From Longimicrobiales bacterium (lineage in GTDB: Bacteria; Gemmatimonadota; Gemmatimonadetes; Longimicrobiales; Gaopeijiaceae): a DNA stretch of 64,000 bases. The position numbers were made by a program, and so were the translations under genes. The DNA lies in the NCBI GenBank assembly GCA_965219445.1, contig CBDCNQ010000005.1:736001-800000 (forward strand), read 5' to 3'. Shown one piece after another: positions 10,905-20,914 of this stretch. The notes under the pieces were generated by a model. That model was not told the DNA's origin, made no database searches, and was given only the letters and a program-made list of their open reading frames with translations. How positions within the stretch are numbered: the first letter of the stretch is position 1; each line of letters opens with the position of its first letter.

Positions 10905-11112
10905 AGCAGACACCGCAGCCTTTGGGCCTGGCCCGATAGGTGGCGAAAGGGTTTCCCGTCATTGCTGGCGCCCTAGGAGCGGCTGGTTATATTGCGACTT
11001 GCACCGCCCCGAGAGGCCTTTCTTTCAGGCGGCCGTGCGCTTGTCGGCCTGTGAACGGTCCATCTCGCCCGACCCTTGGGCCCGACACGCCAACTATAGG
11101 GAGGTACCAGCC

Positions 11113-11832
11113 ATGAAGCTCTCACGGCGAGATGCGATTCGAGTCTCCGGGACGACGGTAGCGGGATTGTCCGTGGGGGTGGTGAGCGCAAACGACATGC
11201 TGGCGCAGGCCCCGCCCCAACAGGAGTGGCCGGACCGTCTCGTGGAGGGTGAACTCCGCCAACGGGTCCCGCTTCCGCTCAACCCCGACGGATCCGCTCC
11301 CGAGCACCCGCCGGAAGACGCGGGGGTAATCACGGGCACCATCTGGCGCTATACGGGCGGAGAGGCCCCCCAGATCGACTACGACTACCGGAACTTGGAG
11401 GTCAGGCTCGACTCGCGCGGGTTCGCACGATTGGGAGGGACCCTCCGGTTCAGCGATCTCGAGGACTTGCCTCGCCATTCGATGACGACCCTGCTGCAGT
11501 GTGGCGTGCCGGAGCCCACCGGCATCGTGAAGTGGACTGGCGTCCGATTCAGTGACTTCGCAGAGATGATCGGGGTTCAGCGGCCCGCGCACTACTGCCG
11601 AATCATTTCGCATGACGGCTATTGGGTCGACGAAGAGATGCCCACCATGATGCATCCACAGGTGATGCTGGCGTGGCTGATGAACGACGGGCCGATCCCC
11701 CCGATCAACGGTGCGCCGCTCCGGCTCGTCATCCCGTTCCGCTACGGGGCGCGCAACGTGAAAGCGATCTCTGAGATCACCTTCGGCTCCCCGGGGCTTC
11801 CGATGCGAGAGCCGCCCTCGGGCACGGGCTGA
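11113..11832 (+). CDS. Tat-exported molybdopterin-binding oxidoreductase (MsrP/YuiH-like, single domain)
   Basis: GGAGG SD; LSRRDAI; LQCG Moco Cys; WTGVRFSD; NGAPLRLVIPFRYGARNVK. Confidence 0.82.
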   Translation: MKLSRRDAIRVSGTTVAGLSVGVVSANDMLAQAPPQQEWPDRLVEGELRQRVPLPLNPDGSAPEHPPEDAGVITGTIWRYTGGEAPQIDYDYRNLEVRLDSRGFARLGGTLRFSDLEDLPRHSMTTLLQCGVPEPTGIVKWTGVRFSDFAEMIGVQRPAHYCRIISHDGYWVDEEMPTMMHPQVMLAWLMNDGPIPPINGAPLRLVIPFRYGARNVKAISEITFGSPGLPMREPPSGTG

Positions 11833-11970
11833 GACCACCTCCCATTCGGGGTGCTCGACCCGCGTTCGGCCATTCGAGGGTCCGTGAACACTTCGCCGGC
11901 GCGCTACTGGTGGCGTCCAAGGCACAGCGCTTACTTTACGCTGAAATCCTCTTTTTCTGGGAGATCGGTC

Positions 11971-13119
11971 ATGAAGTGGACGGTTCGGGAAGCAATGGGT
12001 CTCTTGGCATCGATCACCTTTGTGATCTTTCTTGGCTGCGGCGGTGGAGACGGTAGCGAGACCGCGACCGCGGGTGGCGAGGTGCCGGTGTTCGAGGTCG
12101 ACCCGAACTGGCCGACGATTCCGAACGGATGGGTGTTAGGCGTGGTGGCCAGCGTGGCGGTCGACAGCAGGGACCACGTGTGGGTGCTGCATCGGCCGGG
12201 CTCGCTGGGGCCCGAGGAGGCGTCGATGGCCGCACCGGCGGTGCTCGAGTTCGACCCCGAAGGCAACTACGTGCAGGGGTGGGGCGGCCCGAACCCACAG
12301 TACCATTGGCCGCAGTCGGAGCACGGCATCTTCGTGGACCACAACGACTATGTCTGGGTCGGGGGTAACGGTGCGGAGGACCAGGTGCTCAAGCTCACGA
12401 TGGGCGGGGAGCTCGTCATGCAGATCGGTCGGCCCGGCGAGAGCCAGGGCAACCTGGACACGCAGAACCTGGGCCGGCCGGCGGACGTCTGGGTTCATCC
12501 GCCGACGAACGAGCTCTTCGTCGCCGACGGGTACGGCAACCGGCGCGTCATCGTCTTCGACGCTGACACGGGGGAGTTCAAGAGAATGTGGGAGGCCTTC
12601 GGCAACGAGGTGACCGCTGGCCTCGAGGCGGACCCGGCCTGGGCTCTGGAGCAGGAGGGCTCGGGCCCCCCGCACTTCTCCCAGCCGGTGCACGCGGCCA
12701 AGGTATCCGACGACGGGCTCGTCTACGTCTCCGATCGTGCCGGCAAGCGCGTGCAGGTCTTCACGCTCGAAGGCGACTACGTATCACAGGTGTTCATCGG
12801 CCGCGAATGCTTGGCGCCGGAATGCGGCAACGGCACGACGGCTGCCAGCACGGCGTTTTCGGCGGACCCTCAGCAGCGTTTCCTCTACGTCGGAAACCGC
12901 AGTCAGGCGCGGGTCATGGTGCTCGAGCGTGAAACGCTGGAGATCCTGGATTCGTTCGGGCAATGGGGATCGGCGCCGGGCGACTTCGGCACCCTTCACC
13001 ACATGGACGTGGATTCGAGGGGCAACCTCTACGTCACGGAAGTCACACCCCTCGAGCCTGTGAACCGGAGGGTCCAGAAGTTCAACCTCACGGGCATGAA
13101 GCCCAGAACTGCGATGTAA
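11971..13119 (+). CDS. NHL-repeat beta-propeller lipoprotein, PAL-like (Tyr/His type)
   Basis: LGC lipobox; EHGIF, ADGYGNRR, VHAA, SDRAG, LHHMD. Confidence 0.85.
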   Translation: MKWTVREAMGLLASITFVIFLGCGGGDGSETATAGGEVPVFEVDPNWPTIPNGWVLGVVASVAVDSRDHVWVLHRPGSLGPEEASMAAPAVLEFDPEGNYVQGWGGPNPQYHWPQSEHGIFVDHNDYVWVGGNGAEDQVLKLTMGGELVMQIGRPGESQGNLDTQNLGRPADVWVHPPTNELFVADGYGNRRVIVFDADTGEFKRMWEAFGNEVTAGLEADPAWALEQEGSGPPHFSQPVHAAKVSDDGLVYVSDRAGKRVQVFTLEGDYVSQVFIGRECLAPECGNGTTAASTAFSADPQQRFLYVGNRSQARVMVLERETLEILDSFGQWGSAPGDFGTLHHMDVDSRGNLYVTEVTPLEPVNRRVQKFNLTGMKPRTAM

Positions 13120-13199
13120 GTGAGGCGCCCTCGCCCCGTTAATATTGTTCCTTAGTATGTGAACAATTGCGTAGCGGCCGGAGACGCTGGCGTCATTCG

Positions 13200-14210
13200 T
13201 CAGTGCGTAGTGACGAACTTCATCAGCTTCATTCCGGCGTTCTCGCCCCCGTACACGTTGCCCTGCCCATCCGCCGCCACGGTCTCGGCCACCCTCGAGG
13301 TCCCGGATTCCGGCACCGGAGCCTTGATGAAGGCCGTCACTGACCCATCTCTCGCGCTTCCGATCCGGATGCCTTCGGCAAAGTCGGCAACATAAAGCAT
13401 ATCGTCCGGGCTGATGAAGAGCCCGCTCGGCGACCCGAACTGCGTCCACACGTCGACGAAGCCCCCATCCTGGTCGAAGATCTGGACTCGATCATTCCCT
13501 CGGTCAGCCACGAACAATCGTCCTCTGGAATCGAAGGCGAGACCGTGGGCACCATCTAGCTCACCGGGGGCCGTCCCTTTTTGCCCCCACTGCTTAATGA
13601 ACGCGCCATCCTTCGAGAACTTCACGATCCGCATGTTCGTATCCATTCCAGTGTGTCCGTCGGCCACGAAGATGTCCCCGTTCGGCGCTATGGCGACATC
13701 GGACGGCCGATTGAACGTGTTGCGTCCTTCGCCCGCAACACCCGGCTGGCCCAGGGTCAGCAGGAGCTCCCCATCTGGGCTGAACTTGGTGACCGTATGA
13801 CCCTTTCCGTCTCCGCCACGGCCGTCCGTCACGTACACATTGCCCTCGTCGTCGACAGCGAGACCGTGCGGGAAGATGAACATGTCGGCTCCGAAGCTTT
13901 GGAGCAGCGTCCCGGAGGAGTTGAACTTCAGAATCGCTGGAAGGTCCGATTCGGAACATCCAGGGCCACTGTAGTCACCGCATCGTTCTAATACCCACAG
14001 GCTTTCCTGGTCGGGGTCCATCTCAACGCCGGTCGGGGCACCCCAGGTCCGTCCATCGGGCAGCCGAGCCCAGTCGTCGGCACCTCCATACGGGTGGATC
14101 ACAGGACCCGACTGCGCGTAGGCCTCGGCAGCCGGGATCAAAACGAACAGCGTAAGAAAAAGAACGGTAGTGGTCCTAAGCATGCCATTCACTCCGTCGC
14201 CAGGGCGCAT
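13200..14210 (-). CDS. Exported NHL-repeat protein, PAL-like (His/Glu type)
   Basis: GGAGG SD before ATG 14210; AYA-Q signal; PHGL, ADGH, AHGL, ADRGN, AETV. Confidence 0.85.
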   Translation of the reverse strand: MRPGDGVNGMLRTTTVLFLTLFVLIPAAEAYAQSGPVIHPYGGADDWARLPDGRTWGAPTGVEMDPDQESLWVLERCGDYSGPGCSESDLPAILKFNSSGTLLQSFGADMFIFPHGLAVDDEGNVYVTDGRGGDGKGHTVTKFSPDGELLLTLGQPGVAGEGRNTFNRPSDVAIAPNGDIFVADGHTGMDTNMRIVKFSKDGAFIKQWGQKGTAPGELDGAHGLAFDSRGRLFVADRGNDRVQIFDQDGGFVDVWTQFGSPSGLFISPDDMLYVADFAEGIRIGSARDGSVTAFIKAPVPESGTSRVAETVAADGQGNVYGGENAGMKLMKFVTTH

Positions 14211-14437
14211 CGCAGAGCCTCCCCTGAAAAGATTGTGTGTCACTCGTTAGGTGCCGGCTCCTATAGTGGCACCGTTCGCACGATCAGGGTAGACGATGGC
14301 GACAGTCGGAGCAACTGCCGAACTGCCGTAGCGGGTCCGAAGAGCCGTGTACCCATGCCCCGGAGAGTTGCCCGCGGCCACACGTCGGAGCACTTTGCGC
14401 CACTCCCGCAGACGCCCTGGAATCCTGAAGCGAGGAT

Positions 14438-15400
14438 ATGAACGATGAACCGGCACGCCCGATCATGACGGATGGGTCTGCAGCGCATGAGCCCAACCTG
14501 GAAATCAGCCAGTGGTTTCCGTCGGAGGTGGCAGCCGGTGCCGAGCTGACCTTCAAGGTCCGAATCGAATGTCCGTTCGGGTGTGACCTGCGGGGCACGG
14601 AAGTCGTGGTAGAGACTCCCGAGGATCCGGTCATAACGAGCGAACTCGTTTCGTGGGACGAGGGGATCAACGAGACGGGTGAGGTTACGCTAAGGGCTCC
14701 TTCGGAGGTCGGCGAATACGAGTGGAGCGTGGCGTCTAGACCTCAGACGAGTGAGCCCCCCGGGCATACGGGGACTTCTCTCCCCCTGCCCTTCAGCACC
14801 GAGGCCCACACAACCAGCCTCGTGATCTGGGACCTGCCTTCGCCAGCGGTGATCGGTGAGCCGTTCATGGCCAAGATAGGGGCCAAGTGCGCGGAGGGTT
14901 GCGATCTGCAGGGCCGGAGAATCGAGATCTACGACAGGTCGGGCGATAGACTCACGACCGCGGAGTTCGGAGAGGGGTTTTGGGCCGGATCGGACGCTCT
15001 ACACTGGACCGAAGTAGAATTGGTTGCTCCGGTAGCCGAGGGGGTGGTTTGCTGGTCGGTCGGATTTTCCGCCGCGGATCTGGAGCTCCCTCACCAGGAA
15101 GCATCTTCCAAGTTCAGTTTCGCGGCCACGAAGCCACCCGAGCACCGGCTCACGGTCGAGGTGGTCGAGACGGGATCGTCCGTCCCGGTCCCGAACGCAG
15201 CAGTGAGCCTCGGCGCGTATCGCACCTCTACCGGCGAGTCCGGGCGCTCGATCGTGTCGGTGGCCGGAGGCCGCTATGAACTATTGATCTGGAAGACCGG
15301 ATACGAAGCCCCCGTGACGGCTCTCGAGGTGTCCAAAGACCTCACCGTCAGAGTCGAGGCCGCGGTTCTCCCCGACCGGTCCAGCTGGGAAGACGACTAG
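14438..15400 (+). CDS. Hypothetical beta-rich protein with two CxxGCDL repeats and a C-terminal carboxypeptidase-regulatory-like domain
   Basis: GAGG SD; internal duplication (CPFGCDLRG / CAEGCDLQG); no signal peptide. Confidence 0.7.
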   Translation: MNDEPARPIMTDGSAAHEPNLEISQWFPSEVAAGAELTFKVRIECPFGCDLRGTEVVVETPEDPVITSELVSWDEGINETGEVTLRAPSEVGEYEWSVASRPQTSEPPGHTGTSLPLPFSTEAHTTSLVIWDLPSPAVIGEPFMAKIGAKCAEGCDLQGRRIEIYDRSGDRLTTAEFGEGFWAGSDALHWTEVELVAPVAEGVVCWSVGFSAADLELPHQEASSKFSFAATKPPEHRLTVEVVETGSSVPVPNAAVSLGAYRTSTGESGRSIVSVAGGRYELLIWKTGYEAPVTALEVSKDLTVRVEAAVLPDRSSWEDD

Positions 15401-15564
15401 CGGATCTCAGTACGGCTCGATCGCTAGGACTTGCATGTGGATAATACCGAACGTATATCGCTGGCCGTGGCGCAGAGTTGCTCCGCTGAGCGCCGGTGTG
15501 TGCTGGGGCGGAGCAAACGTGCGGGTCTGCCACTGCTATCCCTTGAAGACGAAAGGATGACGAA

Positions 15565-16056
15565 ATGAGGGGAGTGACGGTTCTTTCCTTCCTCACGCTC
15601 GTCGGTTCCGGCTTCTGGGGCTGCGCGCCACCGGGTCAGGCCGCCGCCGCCGGGCCCGCTCCAGTCGCCGCCGGGCCCGCTCCAGTCGCCCCCGGCGTAC
15701 AGCAAACTCCGCCGTCTATTTGGGATGGTGTGTTTTCCGAAGCGCAGGCCCGAAGGGGAGCAGAAGCTTATCGGAGCCGCTGCGCGGGGTGCCACGGCCC
15801 CGAACTCGTGGCGAACGGTTACGCCGTGAATCTGACGGGTCCCGCATTCACGTTCGGGTGGCAGCGAAAGACGATTGCCAACCGGTTCCTCATCATACGG
15901 GAGACGATGCCACCGACCCGTCTGACCCTATCTGATCAGGAATATGTGGATATCGTTTCTTATGTTCTCGAGTTCAACGGGTATCCCGCTGGGGAACAGG
16001 AACTCGAGCCCGACATGGCTCAGCTGGCAACGATTGTCATCGAGCCTGCCCCCTAG
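15565..16056 (+). CDS. Monoheme cytochrome c lipoprotein
   Basis: FWGC lipobox, Ala/Pro linker, CAGCH, ETMPP. Confidence 0.85.
   Translation: MRGVTVLSFLTLVGSGFWGCAPPGQAAAAGPAPVAAGPAPVAPGVQQTPPSIWDGVFSEAQARRGAEAYRSRCAGCHGPELVANGYAVNLTGPAFTFGWQRKTIANRFLIIRETMPPTRLTLSDQEYVDIVSYVLEFNGYPAGEQELEPDMAQLATIVIEPAP
15646..15690 (+). repeat. 21-bp in-frame tandem duplication (AAGPAPV x2)
   Basis: GCCGCCGGGCCCGCTCCAGTC repeated exactly. Confidence 0.9.
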
Positions 16057-16194
16057 CGCTTTCCTCGGTGAGGGTAACTTGCCATGCCGAGGGGGTGAGC
16101 GGTAGTGTGATGCGTAGTATGGTCCTGTTTTACGAGCCTGCTTGCTAGTTTACCAAAGAGGAGTGCCCATCCGGCATAGGGGGGAGATGTGAGC

Positions 16195-17841
16195 ATGGAC
16201 AAGAAGAAGACTAGGCGAGAGTTCCTTAGGGACAGCGCGGTTGTCGGTGTGGGCGCGGGTGCTTTCGCCCGACTCGGCCCGGCGGATGCACAGGAAATCG
16301 CGTGGGACCGCGAGGTCGACGTGGCGGTCATCGGTGCGGGTGCCGCCGGGCTGCCAGCCGCGATTGCGGCCCGGGACCAGGGAGTCTCGGTCCTGTTGGT
16401 CGAGCAGAATTTCGACATCGGCGGACGAGCGATCCTGAGCGGAGGAGCAGCCTACCTCGGTGGTGGAACCTGGCTGCAGAAGGCGGAGGGGATCGAGGAT
16501 TCACCAGATGACATCTTCCAGGACTGGTGCATCGACGACCACCCGATGAACCGCTACAACGACAGAGAGATCGTACGCACCTACGTCGAGAGTTGTGTTG
16601 CGACTTTTGACTTCCTGACAGATCAGGGGGTCGATTGGGCGCCGTTCAACGGGCGGATCGACCGCCTGGACACGGTTCCCAGGCGTGCGCGCCCCCATGA
16701 GTGGCCGGTCAGAAGCGAGGTCATCGTACCGGGCCAACGCGGTTCCGGTCTGATGAGGCCGCTGGAAAAGACTGCCAAGGCCAAGGGCGTCGAGTTCCTC
16801 ATGCAGCACCGGATGAGGACCTTCATTCGGGAGACGCCCACCTCCGGAAGGGTCATTGGCCTCACTGCCATGGAAGTGGACGACTACTACGAGCCAACAG
16901 GCCGAACCGTGAACATCCGTACAAGGAAAGGGATCGTGTTCTGCACGGGTGGCCATTCGAGCAACATCAACTTCCGTAGGATGTTCGACCCGAGGCTGAC
17001 CGAGGAGTACCAGGTACACGGTGACGGCTGGACCCCTCAAAATGCCGACGGGGAAATCGCCGCCATGGCGATCGGCGCGTCACTCTGGGGGACGGCCAAC
17101 CAGACGAACGAGTCGGATGGCCAGCTTTCGAAAGGTCGCTTGGCTACCAGATCGAACTATCACGGTCTCGAGTTTCCCCCTGACGCCCCGAACTTCTTCC
17201 GTGAAAAGGCTAGCGGGATACGTGCAAGCGATTTTCAGAACCTCATCCTCGTGAGGGAAAGCGGTAAGAGGTTCTACGACGAGACCGCGGGTATTAGGGA
17301 CTATCAGTATTTCTTCGCTGCGATGCAGTGGTCGGGCGATCTGAAAAAGCTGAACGGGGGCGGGCCGATCTGGGCCATCTTCGATGCAGCGGGCGTGGAG
17401 CGAGAGGAGTGGGTGGTCGAGCCTCCATACGTGGATCCGGACGGCTATTTCTTCAGGGCAGATACCCTCGAAGAACTCGCCGCCAGCATAGACAACAAGT
17501 ACCAGTGGCGGCCGATGGCTGGAGCCACCCTGCGGGAGACCGTGGAGCGGTATAATTCCTTCGTTGACTCCGGTGTCGATGAGGACTTCCATAAGCCTCG
17601 TCCGATGTACAAGATTCAACAGCCCCCGTTCTATGCGGCCTGGGCCACTCCCTGTGTCCACGATTGCTACGCGGGCGTTCGTACCAACACGAGTGCCCAG
17701 GTGTTGGACATGATGGGCGAAGTCATCCCGGGTCTCTATGCTGCCGGCGAGTCCCAAGGCGGAACCGGCATGCATGGTCTTGGTCCAAGTGTCGTCTATG
17801 GCCGCATCGCGGGTATGCATGTGGCTCAGCTGGACGATTAA
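16195..17841 (+). CDS. Tat-exported FAD-dependent oxidoreductase (FAD_binding_2, flavocytochrome c flavin-subunit-like)
   Basis: TRREFLRD; VIGAGAAG; LSGGA; IPGLYAAGE; YGRIAG. Confidence 0.87.
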   Translation: MDKKKTRREFLRDSAVVGVGAGAFARLGPADAQEIAWDREVDVAVIGAGAAGLPAAIAARDQGVSVLLVEQNFDIGGRAILSGGAAYLGGGTWLQKAEGIEDSPDDIFQDWCIDDHPMNRYNDREIVRTYVESCVATFDFLTDQGVDWAPFNGRIDRLDTVPRRARPHEWPVRSEVIVPGQRGSGLMRPLEKTAKAKGVEFLMQHRMRTFIRETPTSGRVIGLTAMEVDDYYEPTGRTVNIRTRKGIVFCTGGHSSNINFRRMFDPRLTEEYQVHGDGWTPQNADGEIAAMAIGASLWGTANQTNESDGQLSKGRLATRSNYHGLEFPPDAPNFFREKASGIRASDFQNLILVRESGKRFYDETAGIRDYQYFFAAMQWSGDLKKLNGGGPIWAIFDAAGVEREEWVVEPPYVDPDGYFFRADTLEELAASIDNKYQWRPMAGATLRETVERYNSFVDSGVDEDFHKPRPMYKIQQPPFYAAWATPCVHDCYAGVRTNTSAQVLDMMGEVIPGLYAAGESQGGTGMHGLGPSVVYGRIAGMHVAQLDD

Positions 17842-17875
17842 GACTAGGAGCGCAGACTGGCGGGTAGGACGGGAA

Positions 17876-17919
17876 GGAGGGGCCTCGGGCGCACTCACTT
17901 GTGCTACCCGGGGCCCTCC
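17876..17919 (+). terminator. Long GC-rich hairpin after the flavoprotein gene
   Basis: GGAGGGGCCTCGGGCGCAC...GTGCTACCCGGGGCCCTCC imperfect stem; no U-tract. Confidence 0.35.
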
Positions 17920-18054
17920 CGAGGGTCAGGTCGAGACGTAGCGCCCCAGGAACTGGTGACCCGGCGAGGGGTAGTTCTCAAGTGCAATGCGTGCGGCCCA
18001 GGTAGCCGACCCATTTGTGATCGTTCTGGGCCCCGGCGCCCGTCGGAGGGCTAC

Positions 18055-18801
18055 ATGGCTACGCTTACGTTCCAAAAAGCTTCGATCATACTCCTCACGG
18101 TGCTGTGTGGAATCCTGCTTTCTTTTCCACGCTCCACGCTCCACGCGCAAGCCCTTGGCTCCATGGCCGGAACCGTATTGAGTGTGTTGGACGATGAGCC
18201 GCTGAAGGGTGCGACGGTGACGGTGATTGAAGGTGATTTCCAGGCCGTGACCGATGAAGAGGGACGGTTCTTCTTTTCAGACCTTCCTACCGGCGAAGTG
18301 ACGCTGAGAGTTGAGTTGGGTGGGTATACTTCGCTCGTGGAGCGCGTGATACCAACGCCGGCCGAGGTGGGCGTTTTTCAAGTCAGGATCGCTCCCATTT
18401 GGGCGAGCCTTTCGGAGATTGTGGTGACTGCGGGCCAATCGACACGTCCCGCGTCCGCCGATGTTATCATAGCAAATAACGACGACGCCAAGACCGCGTT
18501 TGAACTACTCGCCGAGAAGATCCCCGGTTTGGGTACGAGCTTGAGCCAAGGCGCGGTGCGTGGCGGGTCCAGGATCCGGCTTCGAGGTAACAATTCGATC
18601 ACTTTCAGCAGCTTCCCCGCAATTTACGTGGATGGGATCCGCGTCAATAGTGAGGAAAGCAGTGGGCTTCAAGCTCTAGCGCGTATCCCCGCCGAGGAAG
18701 TAGCGGGCATTCGAATCCTCAGGGGTCCCTCTGCTACGAGCCATTATGGTGACGCGGCAGATGGGGTGATCCTGATCGAAACCCGTAAGGGCGGACGGTA
18801 A
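18055..18801 (+). CDS. Carboxypeptidase-regulatory-like domain plus TonB plug domain, no beta-barrel
   Basis: Signal peptide; TDEEGRF; IRLRGNNS, IYVDGIR, ILRGPSATSHYG..GVILIETRKG then stop. Confidence 0.82.
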   Translation: MATLTFQKASIILLTVLCGILLSFPRSTLHAQALGSMAGTVLSVLDDEPLKGATVTVIEGDFQAVTDEEGRFFFSDLPTGEVTLRVELGGYTSLVERVIPTPAEVGVFQVRIAPIWASLSEIVVTAGQSTRPASADVIIANNDDAKTAFELLAEKIPGLGTSLSQGAVRGGSRIRLRGNNSITFSSFPAIYVDGIRVNSEESSGLQALARIPAEEVAGIRILRGPSATSHYGDAADGVILIETRKGGR

Positions 18802-18842
18802 ACGAGGGAGGGGGACGCCCCGAGGACCCCCATTCGTGACCG

Positions 18843-19022
18843 TCAGGCCAGGCGGACCAGCGTCTTTCCGGAGTAGATTTGACCCGCTCTGAAGTCATCA
18901 CTCGGGTCGTCCTCGGGGGGGTCGGGGCGAGCATCTGGTTGAACGGGATCGACGCATGCTGTCAGTCCTAAAACCACCGCGGTCACCAACGCGGCGAAGA
19001 TCGGTCGACGAGGAAATTTCAT
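18843..19022 (-). CDS. Small lipoprotein/lipopeptide (59 aa), not in ORF track
   Basis: MKFPRRPIFAALVTAVVLGLTA-CVDPVQPDARPDPPEDDPSDDFRAGQIYSGKTLVRLA*; GGAGAG SD; LTAC lipobox. Confidence 0.7.
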   Translation of the reverse strand: MKFPRRPIFAALVTAVVLGLTACVDPVQPDARPDPPEDDPSDDFRAGQIYSGKTLVRLA

Positions 19023-19168
19023 CTCTTCTCTCCAACTTAATGCCTTGAGCCGGGGTGTCCCGATGATTCAACGGGAAGACCCTCTCCGTACACGACTACA
19101 CCAATACACCAAAGTACTTCGGAGTTTCCGAGGACGACAGACGCCTTGGCTCGTGCCTTCGACACCCC

Positions 19169-20693
19169 TCACACCGACGGCTCCACGTTCGCGTTCAAGC
19201 GGAATAGATTGTTCGGATCGTACCGGTTCTTTACCGCCACGAGCCGGTTGAAGTTGTCGCGGAAGTTGGCGTTGACGACCTCGGTCGTGGCGTCCGGGTC
19301 GAGGTCGTTCGTATAGAACCCTCGCGTGAAGGGCTCGAGGCCCGGCCAGAACTCACGGATCCAGGCGATGTGCTCGCTACCGTCACTGGGGTTGGGCCAA
19401 TCGACGATGCAGAGCAAGTTGGCCAATTCCTCGCGTTGCGCGAACGCCGTCGCCTCATCGGGGACTCGAGCGATCGCGCCTCCGCCCTGCACGAAGACGA
19501 GCCGAGTCAGCCGCTCCGGATGCCCCTCGAACCCGTCCTCGATCGCTGAGACCAGGCCCGCAGGGATTTCGCTGACGAAGCCGCTTTTCAGGTACGATGC
19601 TCGCGCCCTGAAATCCTCAACGTCTCCAGAGCTTTGTACCGCGACGTAGTCCATACCCTGAACGTTGTCCACGAGTGGGGTCCCAAGCTTTCGAAGCGGT
19701 GCGAGCACTTGGTCGGCTCGGCTCGGCGACCCAGAGTAGCAAATGCCGAAACCCGTGACTCCTGGTGCACCACCGGGAGGCACGGCCACCACGCAGTCCA
19801 ATTGGAGCTCGTCGGGGTGCCTGGGGCCCGTACTCGCCGTACAGGGTCAGTACATCACGAACCATCGAGATGGGATACATGATCTGACCAAAAAGAACCT
19901 GCCGCTGCATAGGATGGAGCCCGAATTCGAAGGAAGTGACGATACCGAAGTTTCCGCCCCCTCCGCGCACCCCCCAGAACAGGTCCGGATTTTCCTCGGC
20001 GCTCGCTCGCAGGAAGTCGCCGTCCGCCGTGACCACATCCACGGACAGGAGGGTGTCCACCGACAGCCCGAATCGGCGTGCCAGCCGCCCGAATCCACCA
20101 CCGGTCACCAGCCCGCCCACACCCGTGTGCGACACCGTGCCCATGGGGGTCACCAGATCATAGGCCATGGCCTCGTGATCCACCTGCCCCAATAGGCTCC
20201 CCCCCGTTACCCTGGCCCTTTGGGCGACGGGATCGACCCGTACGTTCCGGAAGGGCGACAGATCGATCATCATGCCCATGTCGTACGTGGACTTCCCTGA
20301 GTAGCTGTGACCCCCGCACTTGACCGCGAGCAAGAGCCCCTCGTTTTCTCGCGCGAAGTCGACGGCGGTTCGGACATCCGCCGCACCCGTCACCTGAGCA
20401 ATCAACGCGGGCCGCTTGTCGAAAGACGGGTTGAGGATCCGACGCGCCCCGTCGTAACCATCGTCACCGGCCACCAGCACACGACCTCTCAGCCGCGCAG
20501 CGAGGTCGGCGACGGCCTCGGAAGCCAGTGTGATTTCCCTGCCGTCCCCCGTAATCGCCCGGAGATCGGCCGGAACTGCAGGAGCCGGGCGAAAGACCGC
20601 GTCGGCAAAAGCCGCCTCGAGGCGCTCGGGAAAGGGAAGAGACGCCGCGGCGGCTGCGCCGAGGCCGGACCGAATGAAGGTGCGACGCTTCAT
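19169..20693 (-). CDS. Tat-exported FAD-linked oxidase (BBE/VAO family), +1 frameshift at ~19814-19817
   Basis: KRRTFI; CGGHS covalent-FAD His; GGGNFGIV; C-terminal KNRYDPNNLF. Removing one base joins YGPQAP|DELQLD. Confidence 0.85.
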
Positions 20694-20914
20694 GATTGGT
20701 CTCCTGTCGGTGGGATATCGACTAGGGGATGTACAGGTTAGGCGCGGCCCTCACGCGAGGCAAGGGTACAGGTCGCGGTGGGGCTGCACGATGCCTTGGA
20801 GTGGATCCGGGAGAGGGTCGCCAGCTGACCCAGCTACGCGCACACTGCGAATCGTCCTTCGCTTTTGTTTGGACCCCGTAAGGCCACGTCAGGCCCCGTC
20901 GGATCCAATCCGGA

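Noticed and set aside
15468..15482. Sigma54-like TGGCGCAGAGTTGCT
   Set aside because: The GG-to-GC spacing is one base short of the strict -24/-12 requirement.
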